From the NCBI GenBank assembly GCA_021769555.1, contig JAETSR010000007.1, positions 32,017-96,016 of the forward strand: DNA of 64,000 bases. The letters are read 5' to 3'. This document shows positions 1 to 9,742 of this stretch, piece after piece; position 1 is the first letter of the stretch, and each line of letters begins with the position of its first letter. Under the pieces are notes generated by a model, which was given only the letters and a program-made list of their open reading frames with translations, made no database searches and was not told where the DNA came from. Origin of the DNA: Clostridiaceae bacterium (lineage in GTDB: Bacteria; Bacillota; Clostridia; Oscillospirales; Acutalibacteraceae). Both the position numbers and the translations under genes were made by a program.

Positions 1-479
1 TCCACATGGGCGGGAAAGGCCGTGCCGCCGTACTGCTCACACAGGGCCTTCACCTCGTCCGCGCCGATATATGAGGCCACCAATAACAGGTCGTCCAGAG
101 TTCCTGTGAGTTCGTCGTTCTCATCCAAAATACGCTGCTCGCCGAATATCTCCGGCTTGTTTTTAATGTGCGGCATATTATCATATATGTACCTGTCGAA
201 CTCCATAGCACCCTCCAACGTCTCAAACAGGCAGACTACATGGGCCTCCTCGCCGGTGCAGAGCTCCATGCCCGGAATTGCAATAATCCCCGCCTCCTCG
301 GCAGCTTTGAGCACCGCCGGGGCGTTTTTACAGGTGTTATGGTCGGTGATGGCGATTATCTCAAGGCCGGATATCTGGGCCATGCCAACTATATTGTTTG
401 GGGTCATGTCGTTGTCCCCGCAGGGGGACAGGCAGGAGTGGATGTGCAGGTCATAGGGGTACGCTTTCAGGGCGCTCAT
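1..479 (-). CDS. PHP-domain phosphoesterase (runs off window start)
   Basis: Manual translation MSALKAYPYDLHIHSCLSPCGDNDMTP...IAITDHN: PHP HxH and TDHN motifs; ATGA overlap with the upstream DRTGG gene. Confidence 0.85.
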   Translation of the reverse strand, partial: MSALKAYPYDLHIHSCLSPCGDNDMTPNNIVGMAQISGLEIIAITDHNTCKNAPAVLKAAEEAGIIAIPGMELCTGEEAHVVCLFETLEGAMEFDRYIYDNMPHIKNKPEIFGEQRILDENDELTGTLDDLLLVASYIGADEVKALCEQYGGTAFPAHV

Positions 480-808
480 TTTATCAGCCCGTGGACCGCC
501 ACGGCGGTGTCATAAAGATTGGGCGCGCAGCCGTACACCGGTATCCCCTGCATGTCGGCCCGCTTCTTTGCGTCCGCGTCCAAAGCCGAGTCCTCGCAGA
601 GGACTATGCAGCTGGTGTCGGCCAGGGCCGCCACGGCTATGGCGTTTAAGTTCCCCATCACCGTCAGCCAGACGTTCCCCGCCTGGGCCCGGCCCATGAC
701 CCAGCTAAGTAAATCCCCCACATAGCAGCCGTCTATCTCATTGTCCTGGCCGTCCTCCCCGGCTAAAAGCTTCCAGCCAAGGGCAGCGGCCATCTCTCTC
801 ACAGTCAT
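476..808 (-). CDS. DRTGG-domain protein
   Basis: GCYVGDLLSWVM and LTVMGNLN pattern of stand-alone DRTGG proteins; operonic overlap. Confidence 0.8.
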   Translation of the reverse strand: MTVREMAAALGWKLLAGEDGQDNEIDGCYVGDLLSWVMGRAQAGNVWLTVMGNLNAIAVAALADTSCIVLCEDSALDADAKKRADMQGIPVYGCAPNLYDTAVAVHGLIK

Positions 809-2121
809 TCTCCATCCTCCTTACTGGGGGTCCAGCCCTCAAGCTCGCCCAGGGTCTCGGCCACCTTCTGCATCTGCTTGCGGTACACGAACACACAGTC
901 GGTCTTCCTGCACGCCCCCTTCACCACGTCCTCGGCAAAGGCCCGGCAGGTGGGCGCGCCGCAGGCCCCGCAGTCCAGCCCCGGCAGCTCCTCCTCTATA
1001 TTGTCTATCTCCACCATCATGCGCATGGCCTCGCCCAAATCCGATGAGAGGGTCATAACGTTGGAAAATTCCAGCTCCTCCTCCCACTCCATCTCCGTGG
1101 GCACAGGCCCCCCGGCCAGATGGTTCTGGCTCACCGGCAGGTACTTCCTCAGCCTCTGTATCCTGGCCTTTGCCACATAGGGGTTCTCGACGCAGAGCAC
1201 CCCTCCCACGCAGCCGCCCGCGCAGGCGTTGAGCTCTATAAAGTCCAGGTCCCCTATGCGCTCGTCCTCCACTTCCTCAAGCACCCTTATCACGTTCTCA
1301 ATGCCGTCGGCGGCCAGGTACTTCTCGTTTAAGAGGGCCGCGGACTCCCCGCCGCTTGTGCTCCAGCCCACGCCTATAATTCCCGAGTTGGCGATGGGCT
1401 CTATGCACTCAAGATGGTCCATCTTATGGGAGAGCTGGGGGAATACCTCGCTTATGGCTATGGCCCCGTCCACACAGGACTTTTCTATCACCAGGGGCAT
1501 TTTGATGTCCGTCACCTTCGCCGGGCAGGGGGTTATAAAGAAGCAGCCTATCTGCTCCTCGGGGAGCCCGGTCTTCTCCATGGCCTCCTTCTTAGCCATC
1601 CCCGCCGCCGTCTCCATGGGGGACTTCAATGGCAGCACATGGTCGCAGAGGTCCGGGAACCTGACCCTTATGAGCCTTACCACCGCCGGGCAGGCCGAGC
1701 TTATCACAGGCCTCGGCAGGTTCACGCCCATTTCGGTGTTGTACATCATCTTCCGGGTGGCCTCGCTCACCAGCTCCGCGGCCCTGGAGACCTCGTACAC
1801 CTGGTCGAAGCCCATCTGCCTAAGGCCCGTGAGCACATAGTCTATGTCGTCCAGATTGTTGAACTGCCCGTACAGGGTCGGGGCGGGCAGGGCTATCTTA
1901 TAGGTAAATTTGTCCAGCGCGTCCATATGGGTATACCTGGCGCGCTTGGCGTGGTGAGGGCAGATGCGTATGCACTCGCCGCAGTCTATGCAGCGCTCCG
2001 AGGCTATGAAGGCCTTGCCGTTTCGTATGCGTATGGCCTCTGTCGGGCAGCGCTTCACGCAGTTGGTGCAGCCCACGCACTTGTCCTCGTTCAGTGTGAC
2101 CGAGTGAAAGAACTCCTTCAC
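805..2121 (-). CDS. [FeFe]-hydrogenase-like Fe-S protein (2x 4Fe-4S, hydrogenase large-subunit-like domain, C-terminal FeS domain)
   Basis: CxxCxxCxxxCP twice, ISSACP, FITPCPAK, ELNACAGGCVGG, LPGLDCGACGAPTC; GTG start with SD. Confidence 0.85.
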   Translation of the reverse strand: MKEFFHSVTLNEDKCVGCTNCVKRCPTEAIRIRNGKAFIASERCIDCGECIRICPHHAKRARYTHMDALDKFTYKIALPAPTLYGQFNNLDDIDYVLTGLRQMGFDQVYEVSRAAELVSEATRKMMYNTEMGVNLPRPVISSACPAVVRLIRVRFPDLCDHVLPLKSPMETAAGMAKKEAMEKTGLPEEQIGCFFITPCPAKVTDIKMPLVIEKSCVDGAIAISEVFPQLSHKMDHLECIEPIANSGIIGVGWSTSGGESAALLNEKYLAADGIENVIRVLEEVEDERIGDLDFIELNACAGGCVGGVLCVENPYVAKARIQRLRKYLPVSQNHLAGGPVPTEMEWEEELEFSNVMTLSSDLGEAMRMMVEIDNIEEELPGLDCGACGAPTCRAFAEDVVKGACRKTDCVFVYRKQMQKVAETLGELEGWTPSKEDGE

Positions 2122-2127
2122 AGGGTA

Positions 2128-2559
2128 TCACCCCTTTCTTCCGGGAATCACCGTCATCTTCACCGTGGTGCCAACGCCCACCGTTGAGTCGATGGTCATC
2201 TCGTCGGTGTATTTCTTCATATTGGGCAGGCCCATCCCCGCGCCGAAGCCCAGAGCCCGCACGTTGTCCGGGGCCGTGGACCAGCCGGCCTGCATGGCCT
2301 GCTCCACGTCCGGTATGCCCGGGCCCTGGTCTATGAGGGCTATGTCCACCCTGTCCGGGTCAACGTCCACCACGGCCTCGCCGCCGCCGCCGTGTATCAC
2401 AAGGTTTATCTCCCCCTCATACATTGCTATAGCCACCCGGCGTATGGCGTCGGGCTCGTAGCCAAGCTTCTTGAGCTTGTGCTTCACGTCCCCCGAGGCC
2501 TCGCCAGCCCTTGTGAAGTCGTCCCCGGGCACCTGGTACTCAAGATGCAGCATGCTCAT
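2128..2559 (-). CDS. Anti-sigma regulatory factor, RsbT-like Ser/Thr kinase (HATPase fold)
   Basis: AMYEGEINLVIH, DQGPGI, GFGAGMGL; true start MSMLHLEY overlaps the upstream stop (ATGA). Confidence 0.85.
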   Translation of the reverse strand: MSMLHLEYQVPGDDFTRAGEASGDVKHKLKKLGYEPDAIRRVAIAMYEGEINLVIHGGGGEAVVDVDPDRVDIALIDQGPGIPDVEQAMQAGWSTAPDNVRALGFGAGMGLPNMKKYTDEMTIDSTVGVGTTVKMTVIPGRKG

Positions 2560-2906
2560 GATATGTCGCAGCCCCCTCTCAGACCGTTCTCGAACAGCAG
2601 CCCGCAGGCGGTGAACATGCGGTAGGGCGAGCTCAGAACCGTCATGTCCTTCATTTCGGCCAGGTCCAGCACCTGCTGGTTCACGGGCTTGCCTCTTACA
2701 AAGACGATGCAGTGCATATCCATCATCTCCGCCGTGCGCACCACCTGGGGGTTCATAAGGCCGGTCAGGAGCACCGACTGGTCCTTCACAAAGGCCAGCA
2801 CGTCGCTCATCATGTCGCTGCCGCAGGCAGTCTTTACCTCCTGCGTCAGGTCGCCCTCCACCAGAATCTGGCATTTAAGTATGTCCACGATGTCTTTTAC
2901 CTGCAT
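2556..2906 (-). CDS. DRTGG-domain protein
   Basis: CGSDMMSDVL and LLTGLMNPQVVRTA pattern. Confidence 0.8.
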   Translation of the reverse strand: MQVKDIVDILKCQILVEGDLTQEVKTACGSDMMSDVLAFVKDQSVLLTGLMNPQVVRTAEMMDMHCIVFVRGKPVNQQVLDLAEMKDMTVLSSPYRMFTACGLLFENGLRGGCDIS

Positions 2907-3032
2907 AGTTTTACCTCCTAATATTCACTTAGGGTCTGTACCCAACATTATATCATAAATTATTCTTGAGGGCAAACATTTTATGAAATTCGCCGCATTT
3001 TTCCCACAAAATGAATTAGGGCCTGTTTTTTC

Positions 3033-3061
3033 TTGCATTTTTGCTCCCCTGACGCTATAAT
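3033..3061 (+). promoter_or_regulatory. Sigma-A promoter of serC
   Basis: TTGCAT-17bp-TATAAT. Confidence 0.65.
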
Positions 3062-3119
3062 ATTGGAAAGCATACGTTTTATTATATTAGTTTGATGAAA
3101 GATTAGGAGGAAAGAAACC

Positions 3120-4205
3120 ATGTCAAGAGTCTACAATTTTTCCGCCGGCCCCTCCATGCTGCCGGTGCCGGTATTGGAGAAAGCCGCCGGCGAGCTTTTG
3201 GAGTACGGTACTACGGGCCAGTCGGTGATGGAGATGTCCCACCGCTCCGCTGCCTTCGAGCCCATCATCGCCGAGGCCCAGGCCCTCATCCGGGAGGTCA
3301 TGGGCATTCCCGAGAACTACAAGGTTCTGTTTTTACAGGGCGGGGCCTCAAGCCAGTTCGCCGCCGTGCCCATGAACCTGATGGTGAAGAACCATAAGGC
3401 CGACTATGTGCTCTCCGGCCAGTTCTCCACCAAGGCCTACAAAGAAGCCTCAAGGTACGGAGACTGCAAGGCCGTGGCTTCATCTAAAGACGACAACTTC
3501 AGCCATATCCCGGCCATTGACAAGAGCGAGCTGCGCCCCGACGCGGACTACCTGCATATCTGCATGAACAACACCATCTACGGCACCCTCTGGCACCAGC
3601 TCCCCGACACTGGCTCTGTGCCCCTGGTGGCCGATATCTCCTCCTGCATACTCAGCCAGCCGATTGACATAACCAGGTTTGGTTTACTGTATGCCGGGGC
3701 CCAGAAGAACGTGGCCCCCGCCGGGCTCACCATCGTTATCGTCCGGGAAGACCTCATAGGCGAGACCCTCCCCGGCACCCCCACCATGTTCGACTATAAA
3801 GTAATGGCCGACAACGACTCCATGTACAACACTCCCCCCTGCTGGCCCATCTATATGTGCAAGCTGGTGCTTGAGTGGATAAAGGACGACATCGGCGGCC
3901 TCGAGAAGATGAAGGAGCGCAACGAGAAAAAGGCCGGGGTCCTCTACGATTTCCTGGACAATTCCAAGCTCTTCAAGCCCTGCGCCGAGAAGGACAGCCG
4001 CTCCATAATGAACGTGACCTTCGTCACCGGCGACAAGGATTTAGACGCGAAGTTCGTCAAGGAGGCTTCAGCCGCGGGCTTCGTGAACCTCAAGGGCCAC
4101 AGGAGCGTTGGCGGTATGCGCGCGTCTATTTATAACGCCATGCCTCCCGAGGGCGTGGATAAGCTGGTGGAGTTCATGAGGGAGTTTGAGAACGCAAACG
4201 GCTGA
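3120..4205 (+). CDS. serC: Phosphoserine aminotransferase
   Basis: YNFSAGPS, EMSHRS, YAGAQKN (PLP lysine), GHRSVGGMRASIYNA. Confidence 0.97.
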   Translation: MSRVYNFSAGPSMLPVPVLEKAAGELLEYGTTGQSVMEMSHRSAAFEPIIAEAQALIREVMGIPENYKVLFLQGGASSQFAAVPMNLMVKNHKADYVLSGQFSTKAYKEASRYGDCKAVASSKDDNFSHIPAIDKSELRPDADYLHICMNNTIYGTLWHQLPDTGSVPLVADISSCILSQPIDITRFGLLYAGAQKNVAPAGLTIVIVREDLIGETLPGTPTMFDYKVMADNDSMYNTPPCWPIYMCKLVLEWIKDDIGGLEKMKERNEKKAGVLYDFLDNSKLFKPCAEKDSRSIMNVTFVTGDKDLDAKFVKEASAAGFVNLKGHRSVGGMRASIYNAMPPEGVDKLVEFMREFENANG

Positions 4206-4219
4206 TTTTACGTAAAATA

Positions 4220-4248
4220 TTGACAAGAACTGGAATTTAATGTAAAAT
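4220..4248 (+). promoter_or_regulatory. Sigma-A promoter of the small toxin mRNA
   Basis: TTGACA-17bp-TAAAAT. Confidence 0.75.
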
Positions 4249-4416
4249 GAAAGCGCCTCCCGCAGGACCTACAGCAGAATAGAGGCGGGAACGGCGCTGG
4301 ACATATATAAGCCACTTAGTAGAACGTAGAAAAGGCGGACGGTAGACCGACAAGTAAGTGCTCGGCATACGCATGCTCGTGAGATGCGGAAACCACACCG
4401 AAAGGAGGTCACGCTT

Positions 4417-4506
4417 ATGAACGCGTACGAGATTATGACAGTCATGGTGATGGTACTTCACATCGTCGTAGACCTGCTGATTGCCCTCGACGCAAAAAAT
4501 AAGTAG
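4417..4506 (+). CDS. 29-aa hydrophobic peptide, putative type I toxin
   Basis: AAAGGAGGT SD; MNAYEIMTVMVMVLHIVVDLLIALDAKNK = one TM helix plus a basic tail; not in the supplied ORF track. Confidence 0.75.
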   Translation: MNAYEIMTVMVMVLHIVVDLLIALDAKNK

Positions 4507-4593
4507 CCGCTCCCCCCAGCAAGGTGTAGCGGCTACTTAGCTCTACAAACCGGCCTACCGTCCGAACCGTGGTCCGTCCAGCGCCTTTTCTTT
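4494..4593 (-). ncRNA. Putative antisense antitoxin sRNA (about 100 nt)
   Basis: Convergent promoter at 4600-4627; 11-bp hairpin 4500-4539 followed by T6 on the minus strand; overlaps the toxin 3' end. Confidence 0.65.
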
Positions 4594-4599
4594 ATCTAT

Positions 4600-4627
4600 A
4601 TTATACCACATTCTATGTTTATGTCAA
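4600..4627 (-). promoter_or_regulatory. Antisense sigma-A promoter (extended -10)
   Basis: TTGACA-16bp-TATAAT with TGn immediately before the -10. Confidence 0.7.
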
Positions 4628-4659
4628 TACCCCAACCATAATTTGAAAGGATGATTCCC

Positions 4660-5826
4660 ATGTACAAAATACTCTGCCTCAACAAAATAAGCCCCACCGG
4701 CACCAAGCGCTTCGGCGAGAGCTATACCTTCTCCCCGGAGATGAAGGACCCCGAGGGCATACTGGTGCGCTCGGCCTCCATGCACGATATGGAACTGCCC
4801 GAGAGCCTTTTAGCCATCGCCAGGGCCGGGGCCGGCACAAACAATATCCCCTCCGAGGACTGCGCCAAGAAGGGCATAGCCGTGTTCAACACCCCCGGGG
4901 CCAACGCCAACGCCGTGAAGGAGCTGGTGCTCTGCGCGCTGCTGCTCTCCTCCCGGAAGATACCCGCCGCCATGGACTGGGTGAAGACCCTCAGGGGCCA
5001 GGGGGCCGAGGTCTCAAAGCTTGTGGAAAAGGGCAAGGGCCAGTTTGCCGGGCCCGAGATACAGGGCAAGTCCCTGGGCGTGGTGGGCCTTGGTGCCATC
5101 GGCATTTTAGTTGCCAACGCCGCCCATTCCCTTGGAATGGAGGTCTACGGCTACGACCCCTTCCTGTCGGTGGACGCCGCATGGAGGCTCTCCCGCTCGG
5201 TGCACCGCTCCATGTCCTTGGATGAAATTTACCAGAGCTGCGACTATATCACCCTGCACCTGCCCGCCACCAAGGACACCAAGGGCATGATAAACGCCGA
5301 CACCATCGGTAAGATGAAGGACGGCGTGCGCCTTCTGAACTTTGCAAGAGGGGAGCTGGTGGACACTGCCGCCCTGCTCTCTGCCCTTGAGTCCGGCAAA
5401 TGCGCCGCCTACGCCACGGACTTCCCCGCCGACGAAATGCTGGGCTGCGGGAACGTGATACCCCTGCCACACCTGGGCGCCTCCACCCCCGAGAGCGAGG
5501 ACAACTGCGCCCAAATGGCCGTGGACCAGATAAAGGAGTACATCGAAAACGGCAATATCATAAACTCCGTGAACCTGCCGAACCTCAGCATGTCCCGGGA
5601 GTCCGGCACCCGCCGTATCTGCGTGATACACAAAAACGTCCCCGGGGCCATCGCCGACTTCACCGCCGTCTGCGGCAGGGCCGGTATAAACATCGAGAAC
5701 ATGCAGAGCAAATCCAGGGGCGACTACGCCTACACCGTTTTGGATGTGACCGGCGCGGACGTCTCCCCCGCCGTCCAGGAGCTCTCCTCCCTTGAAGCGA
5801 ACATCCGGGTGCGGGTGATAGACTGA
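4660..5826 (+). CDS. serA: D-3-phosphoglycerate dehydrogenase with C-terminal ACT domain
   Basis: ARAGAGTNNI, NTPGANANAV, GVVGLGAIG, PHLGAST; follows serC. Confidence 0.95.
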   Translation: MYKILCLNKISPTGTKRFGESYTFSPEMKDPEGILVRSASMHDMELPESLLAIARAGAGTNNIPSEDCAKKGIAVFNTPGANANAVKELVLCALLLSSRKIPAAMDWVKTLRGQGAEVSKLVEKGKGQFAGPEIQGKSLGVVGLGAIGILVANAAHSLGMEVYGYDPFLSVDAAWRLSRSVHRSMSLDEIYQSCDYITLHLPATKDTKGMINADTIGKMKDGVRLLNFARGELVDTAALLSALESGKCAAYATDFPADEMLGCGNVIPLPHLGASTPESEDNCAQMAVDQIKEYIENGNIINSVNLPNLSMSRESGTRRICVIHKNVPGAIADFTAVCGRAGINIENMQSKSRGDYAYTVLDVTGADVSPAVQELSSLEANIRVRVID

Positions 5827-5863
5827 CCGGCAAATCCTGGGGAGCTGTTATAGGAGTATAAAT

Positions 5864-6637
5864 ATGACAGACGGACATATACACATTGAGCGCGGCCCGT
5901 ATACCCTTGACTGGATAGAGCAATTTGTAAACAGGGCGCTTGAGACGGGGCTCGACGAAATACGCCTGCTGGAGCACAACTATATATTTGAGGAATTTGC
6001 CCCGATGTACGATTCCGTGCGCGCCTGCAGCGAGTACGTGGACGCATGGTTCCAGAGAAGCGCCTGCAGGCATACGCTCCCGGAATATTTAGAGCTCATT
6101 GAGCTTGCCAGAAGCCATCGGTTTCCCATAGAGGTCAAGTTTGGACTTGAGATATGCTATTTTAAGGAGTTTGAAGATTTTATCTCCGGGCTTGTAGAGG
6201 ACAAAGGCTTTGATTTTCTGCTGGGAAGCGTACATTTTGCCGGTAACTTTGCCTTCGACCACAAGGCCGAGCACTGGGCCGGGCTCGACGTTGACGAGAT
6301 ATACCGCCGGTATTTTGAGGACTCCGTCCTCTTGGCAGAAAGCGGGATATTCGACGGCATTGGCCACCCGGACGGGATAAAGCTGTTCGGCCACAGGCCG
6401 TCATACCCGCTGACAGGCTTCTATGAGCGTTTGGCTGCGGAGCTCTCTAAAAGCAATATGTACGCGGACCATAACAGCGGCGCGGAAAGAAGGTGCCCGG
6501 AAACAGCGTCCCTCGGCATGGACACGGAGCTGCTTGGAATTTTGAAAAAGCATAATGTGAAGATAATCACTTCCTCCGATGCCCACTGCCCCGAGGACGT
6601 GGGGTATAAAATCAGGGAACTGAATAATATGTTATAG
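5864..6637 (+). CDS. PHP-family hydrolase (HisJ-like)
   Basis: DGHIH, LGSVH, GHPD, SSDAH motifs. Confidence 0.75.
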   Translation: MTDGHIHIERGPYTLDWIEQFVNRALETGLDEIRLLEHNYIFEEFAPMYDSVRACSEYVDAWFQRSACRHTLPEYLELIELARSHRFPIEVKFGLEICYFKEFEDFISGLVEDKGFDFLLGSVHFAGNFAFDHKAEHWAGLDVDEIYRRYFEDSVLLAESGIFDGIGHPDGIKLFGHRPSYPLTGFYERLAAELSKSNMYADHNSGAERRCPETASLGMDTELLGILKKHNVKIITSSDAHCPEDVGYKIRELNNML

Positions 6638-6647
6638 GAGCAGCGGA

Positions 6648-6974
6648 ATGGCAAATTTCAGCTTTGACGACATGCAGGCCATACAAAAGGAGCTGCAGGA
6701 GAAATACCTTGACAAATGGGGCGGGCTGTACCCGGAGAAGGCCGTGCGCATGATGCTCTGGATGCTCTGCGAGGCGGGCGAGGCCGCCCAGGTGCTCAAG
6801 AAGGTCCCCACCGAGGAGCTCCTTGCCGACACCCCCCAGCGAAAGCATTTCATCGAGGAGATGTGCGACGTGATGATGTACTTTAACGACGTTATGCTCT
6901 GCTATAACATCACGCCCGATGAGCTTGAGAAGGTGTACCGGGAGAAGCATGAGACAAATATGAAGCGGTGGTGA
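6648..6974 (+). CDS. MazG-like nucleotide pyrophosphohydrolase
   Basis: EAGEAAQ and EEMCDV acidic helices. Confidence 0.7.
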   Translation: MANFSFDDMQAIQKELQEKYLDKWGGLYPEKAVRMMLWMLCEAGEAAQVLKKVPTEELLADTPQRKHFIEEMCDVMMYFNDVMLCYNITPDELEKVYREKHETNMKRW

Positions 6975-6981
6975 GCCGCCG

Positions 6982-7014
6982 GGAGAGGGCTGCGTGACAG
7001 CCCTCTCCTTTTTT
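6982..7014 (+). terminator. Rho-independent terminator
   Basis: GGAGAGGGCTG-CGTGA-CAGCCCTCTCC followed by T6. Confidence 0.85.
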
Positions 7015-7022
7015 GCCCTCTT

Positions 7023-8285
7023 TCAGCCCACCCCCGCCAGAGTCTCCACGGCGTTCCTCATCTCAGTGCCCGTCTGCTCCGCGTCCAGGAAGTCGCTGCT
7101 GTAAAGCACTACCCCATTACAGGGCAGCTCCCGCGCCGCCTCTATCTGCCTGCTTATCACGTCCCCGCCCGCCCAGGCCTCGCCCTGGGCGCTGTCCCCG
7201 GCCTTGTACAGGGCCAGGCCTATGTAAAGCTCAAGCCCTTTACGCCTGTACATCCCCTGCCAGTCCTCAAGGGCCTGGGAGAAGTTCAGCCCCGGATTTT
7301 CAAAGCTGTAGTACACCTGGGGGCAGACGTAGTCTATATACCCCGGCACGGCGCACCAGGCCTCCACGTCAGCCCCCATGCCAATGTCGTTCTGTATATT
7401 CCCCTGGGGCGAAATGCCGAACTGCACCTCAGGATTCACAGCCTTCACCCTGTCGTACACCTCCGCGACCATGGCGTTGATATTCGCCGTGCGCCAGTCC
7501 ATAAGGTCCAGCGGCTCCGAGACGGTTTCAACATGCAGCCGGTAGGCCTCGGCGTCCGGGCCCTCCTCCTGGGAGGGATAAAAATAGTCGTCGAAATGTA
7601 TGCCGTCCACCGGGTACTTCTCCGCTATCTCCGCCGCGCCCTTGGCAATCAGCGTGCGCACATAGGGGTATGCCGGGTCAAGATACAGCGCCCCCTGGCA
7701 CTCCATGAAGTAATAGGGCGCGTCGGCCCTCAGGTCAGCTATTGGCCCGGAGAGCTCCTTCGGGTTCTCTGCGGTCTTCACCCTCAGGGGGTTTATCCAG
7801 GCGTGGAACTCCATCCCCAGGCTGTGGGTATACTCCACCATGAACTTTAACGGGTCGAACCCCGGGTCCTTCCCCTGGGTGCCGGTGAGGATATGGGACC
7901 AGGGGTAGAGCTCCGAGGGGTACAGCGCGTCCGAAAATGGCCGCACATGCACGAACAGGGCGTTGAGCCCCTTCTCCCTGGCGCTGTCGGCTATGCCCTT
8001 GAAGTTCGCCTCAAAGGCCTCCTGAGTGTGCTCGGGCACGTTCAGCGACATATACGGCACCCAGACCCCCATGAGCTCCCCCCTCTCCGAGGTCTTCGGC
8101 ACGCTGACCTCCATCTCCTCCGGCTCCTCAGAGGGCCCGGCGCTTGCCGCCGGCCCAGCCTCCCCGGGCCTCTCAGCCTCCACACTATTGCCGCCGCCCA
8201 GCAGCCATACCGCCCCCACAGCGCCTGCCAGCGCCAGCCAGAGCACCAAATATTTTAAAGCTGTCCCCGAGCCCCTTCTTCTCAT
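7023..8285 (-). CDS. Glycoside hydrolase family 10-like (GHL10/DUF187) exported protein
   Basis: N-terminal TM; FVHVRPFSDALYPS, HAWINP, DGIHFDDYFYP, PQVY. Confidence 0.85.
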   Translation of the reverse strand: MRRRGSGTALKYLVLWLALAGAVGAVWLLGGGNSVEAERPGEAGPAASAGPSEEPEEMEVSVPKTSERGELMGVWVPYMSLNVPEHTQEAFEANFKGIADSAREKGLNALFVHVRPFSDALYPSELYPWSHILTGTQGKDPGFDPLKFMVEYTHSLGMEFHAWINPLRVKTAENPKELSGPIADLRADAPYYFMECQGALYLDPAYPYVRTLIAKGAAEIAEKYPVDGIHFDDYFYPSQEEGPDAEAYRLHVETVSEPLDLMDWRTANINAMVAEVYDRVKAVNPEVQFGISPQGNIQNDIGMGADVEAWCAVPGYIDYVCPQVYYSFENPGLNFSQALEDWQGMYRRKGLELYIGLALYKAGDSAQGEAWAGGDVISRQIEAARELPCNGVVLYSSDFLDAEQTGTEMRNAVETLAGVG

Positions 8286-8303
8286 AGACTTGTCCTCCCG
8301 AGA

Positions 8304-8332
8304 TTGACACCGGCTTAAAAAGCGGGTATAAT
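8304..8332 (+). promoter_or_regulatory. Sigma-A promoter
   Basis: TTGACA-17bp-TATAAT. Confidence 0.75.
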
Positions 8333-8366
8333 TTCTCTATGATAATATGCGTGAAAGGATGGTCTT

Positions 8367-9065
8367 ATGCGCTTTCTTCTCTTCGACGCCGACTACACCC
8401 TTCTGGACTTCCCCGCCGACATGGTGCGCTCCTTCACAATAATGTATGAGGCCTGCTTTAAGTCCCAGCGGCCCTACGCAAAGGAGCTCCTCGACTGCTA
8501 CGAGGCCTGCAATAACCGGGCCTGGGACCGCTTCGAGCGGGGGGAGTGCACGAAGGACGAGCTCTATATCTCCCGCTTCTCTGAGTTTCTTTCAAAGACC
8601 GGCCTCACCGGCGACCCGGAAACTGTAAATGAAAAGTACTTTACAGCCATGGCCGAGACCGGCACGGCCTATCCCGGCGCTGTAGAGCTTGTAAAGGAGC
8701 TGAGCTTTACACATGAGCTCTACCTCATAACCAACGGCAATGTGGTAAGCTCCCTGCCCCGGCTCCGTAACTCAGGGCTCGCCCCATACTTCAAGGAGGT
8801 TTTCGTCTCCGAGGCCGTGGGCGTCGGCAAGCCGGACAAGCGCTACTTTGACTACGTTTTCCAGCATATCCCCGGCTTCACCCCCTCCGAGGCCCTTGTG
8901 ATAGGGGATTCCCCCAGCTCCGACATCCAGGGGGCTCAGAACGCCGGACTTCAAAGCATATGGTACGACCCGCCGGGGGCCTGGACCAACGACCGTAAAG
9001 CTCCGGCCTTTACATGGCGCGCGGAGAGCTACGGCGACATCCGGGAAATTCTAAAGCATGTATAA
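8367..9065 (+). CDS. HAD hydrolase, YjjG-like nucleotidase
   Basis: FDADYTL, ITNG, GKPD, IGDSPSSDIQGA. Confidence 0.85.
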   Translation: MRFLLFDADYTLLDFPADMVRSFTIMYEACFKSQRPYAKELLDCYEACNNRAWDRFERGECTKDELYISRFSEFLSKTGLTGDPETVNEKYFTAMAETGTAYPGAVELVKELSFTHELYLITNGNVVSSLPRLRNSGLAPYFKEVFVSEAVGVGKPDKRYFDYVFQHIPGFTPSEALVIGDSPSSDIQGAQNAGLQSIWYDPPGAWTNDRKAPAFTWRAESYGDIREILKHV

Positions 9066-9729
9066 GATATTTATAGTGGAGGACGACCCGGTAATATGCC
9101 GCGGTGTCAGCGAGCACCTATCCCTATGGGGCTATCAGGTCCGGGCCGTGGAAAATTTCTCCAAAATTATAGAGGAGCTTCTGGACTTCGACCCCCATCT
9201 TGTGCTGCTGGATATAGGCCTGCCCGTTCACAACGGCTACTACTGGTGCCGGGAGCTGAGAAAGCGCTCAAAGGTGCCGGTGGTCTTCCTGTCCTCGGCC
9301 TCGGACAATATCAATATAGTAACGGCCATCGAGCTTGGGGGCGACGACTTCATACCGAAGCCCTTCGACCTTACTGTGCTCACCGCCAAGATACAGGCCG
9401 TCCTGCGGCGCGCCTACTCTGTCCTTGGCAGCATGAACCTCCTGGAGTACGGCCCAGCCCTTCTGGACCTGGGCGCCGAGACCGTCTCCGGTCCCGGCGG
9501 GAAGCTGGAGCTCACCAAGAACGAGTTCCGGATACTTCAGGTGCTCATGGAGAACGGCGGCCACACTGTGAGCCGGGGGGACCTGATGGTGCGCCTCTGG
9601 GAGAGCGAGAGCTTCATCGACGACAACACCCTCACGGTAAATGTCTCCCGCCTTCGCAAAAAGCTCGAGTCCGTGGGCCTTGAGGGGCTCCTTGCCACCA
9701 AGAAGGGCCTGGGCTACCAGTTCGGCTGA
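9058..9729 (+). CDS. OmpR-family response regulator (BceR/GraR-like)
   Basis: Receiver DD..D..KPF and winged helix TLTVNVSRLRKKL. Confidence 0.92.
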   Translation: MYKIFIVEDDPVICRGVSEHLSLWGYQVRAVENFSKIIEELLDFDPHLVLLDIGLPVHNGYYWCRELRKRSKVPVVFLSSASDNINIVTAIELGGDDFIPKPFDLTVLTAKIQAVLRRAYSVLGSMNLLEYGPALLDLGAETVSGPGGKLELTKNEFRILQVLMENGGHTVSRGDLMVRLWESESFIDDNTLTVNVSRLRKKLESVGLEGLLATKKGLGYQFG

Positions 9730-9742
9730 GTAAGGAGGGACT

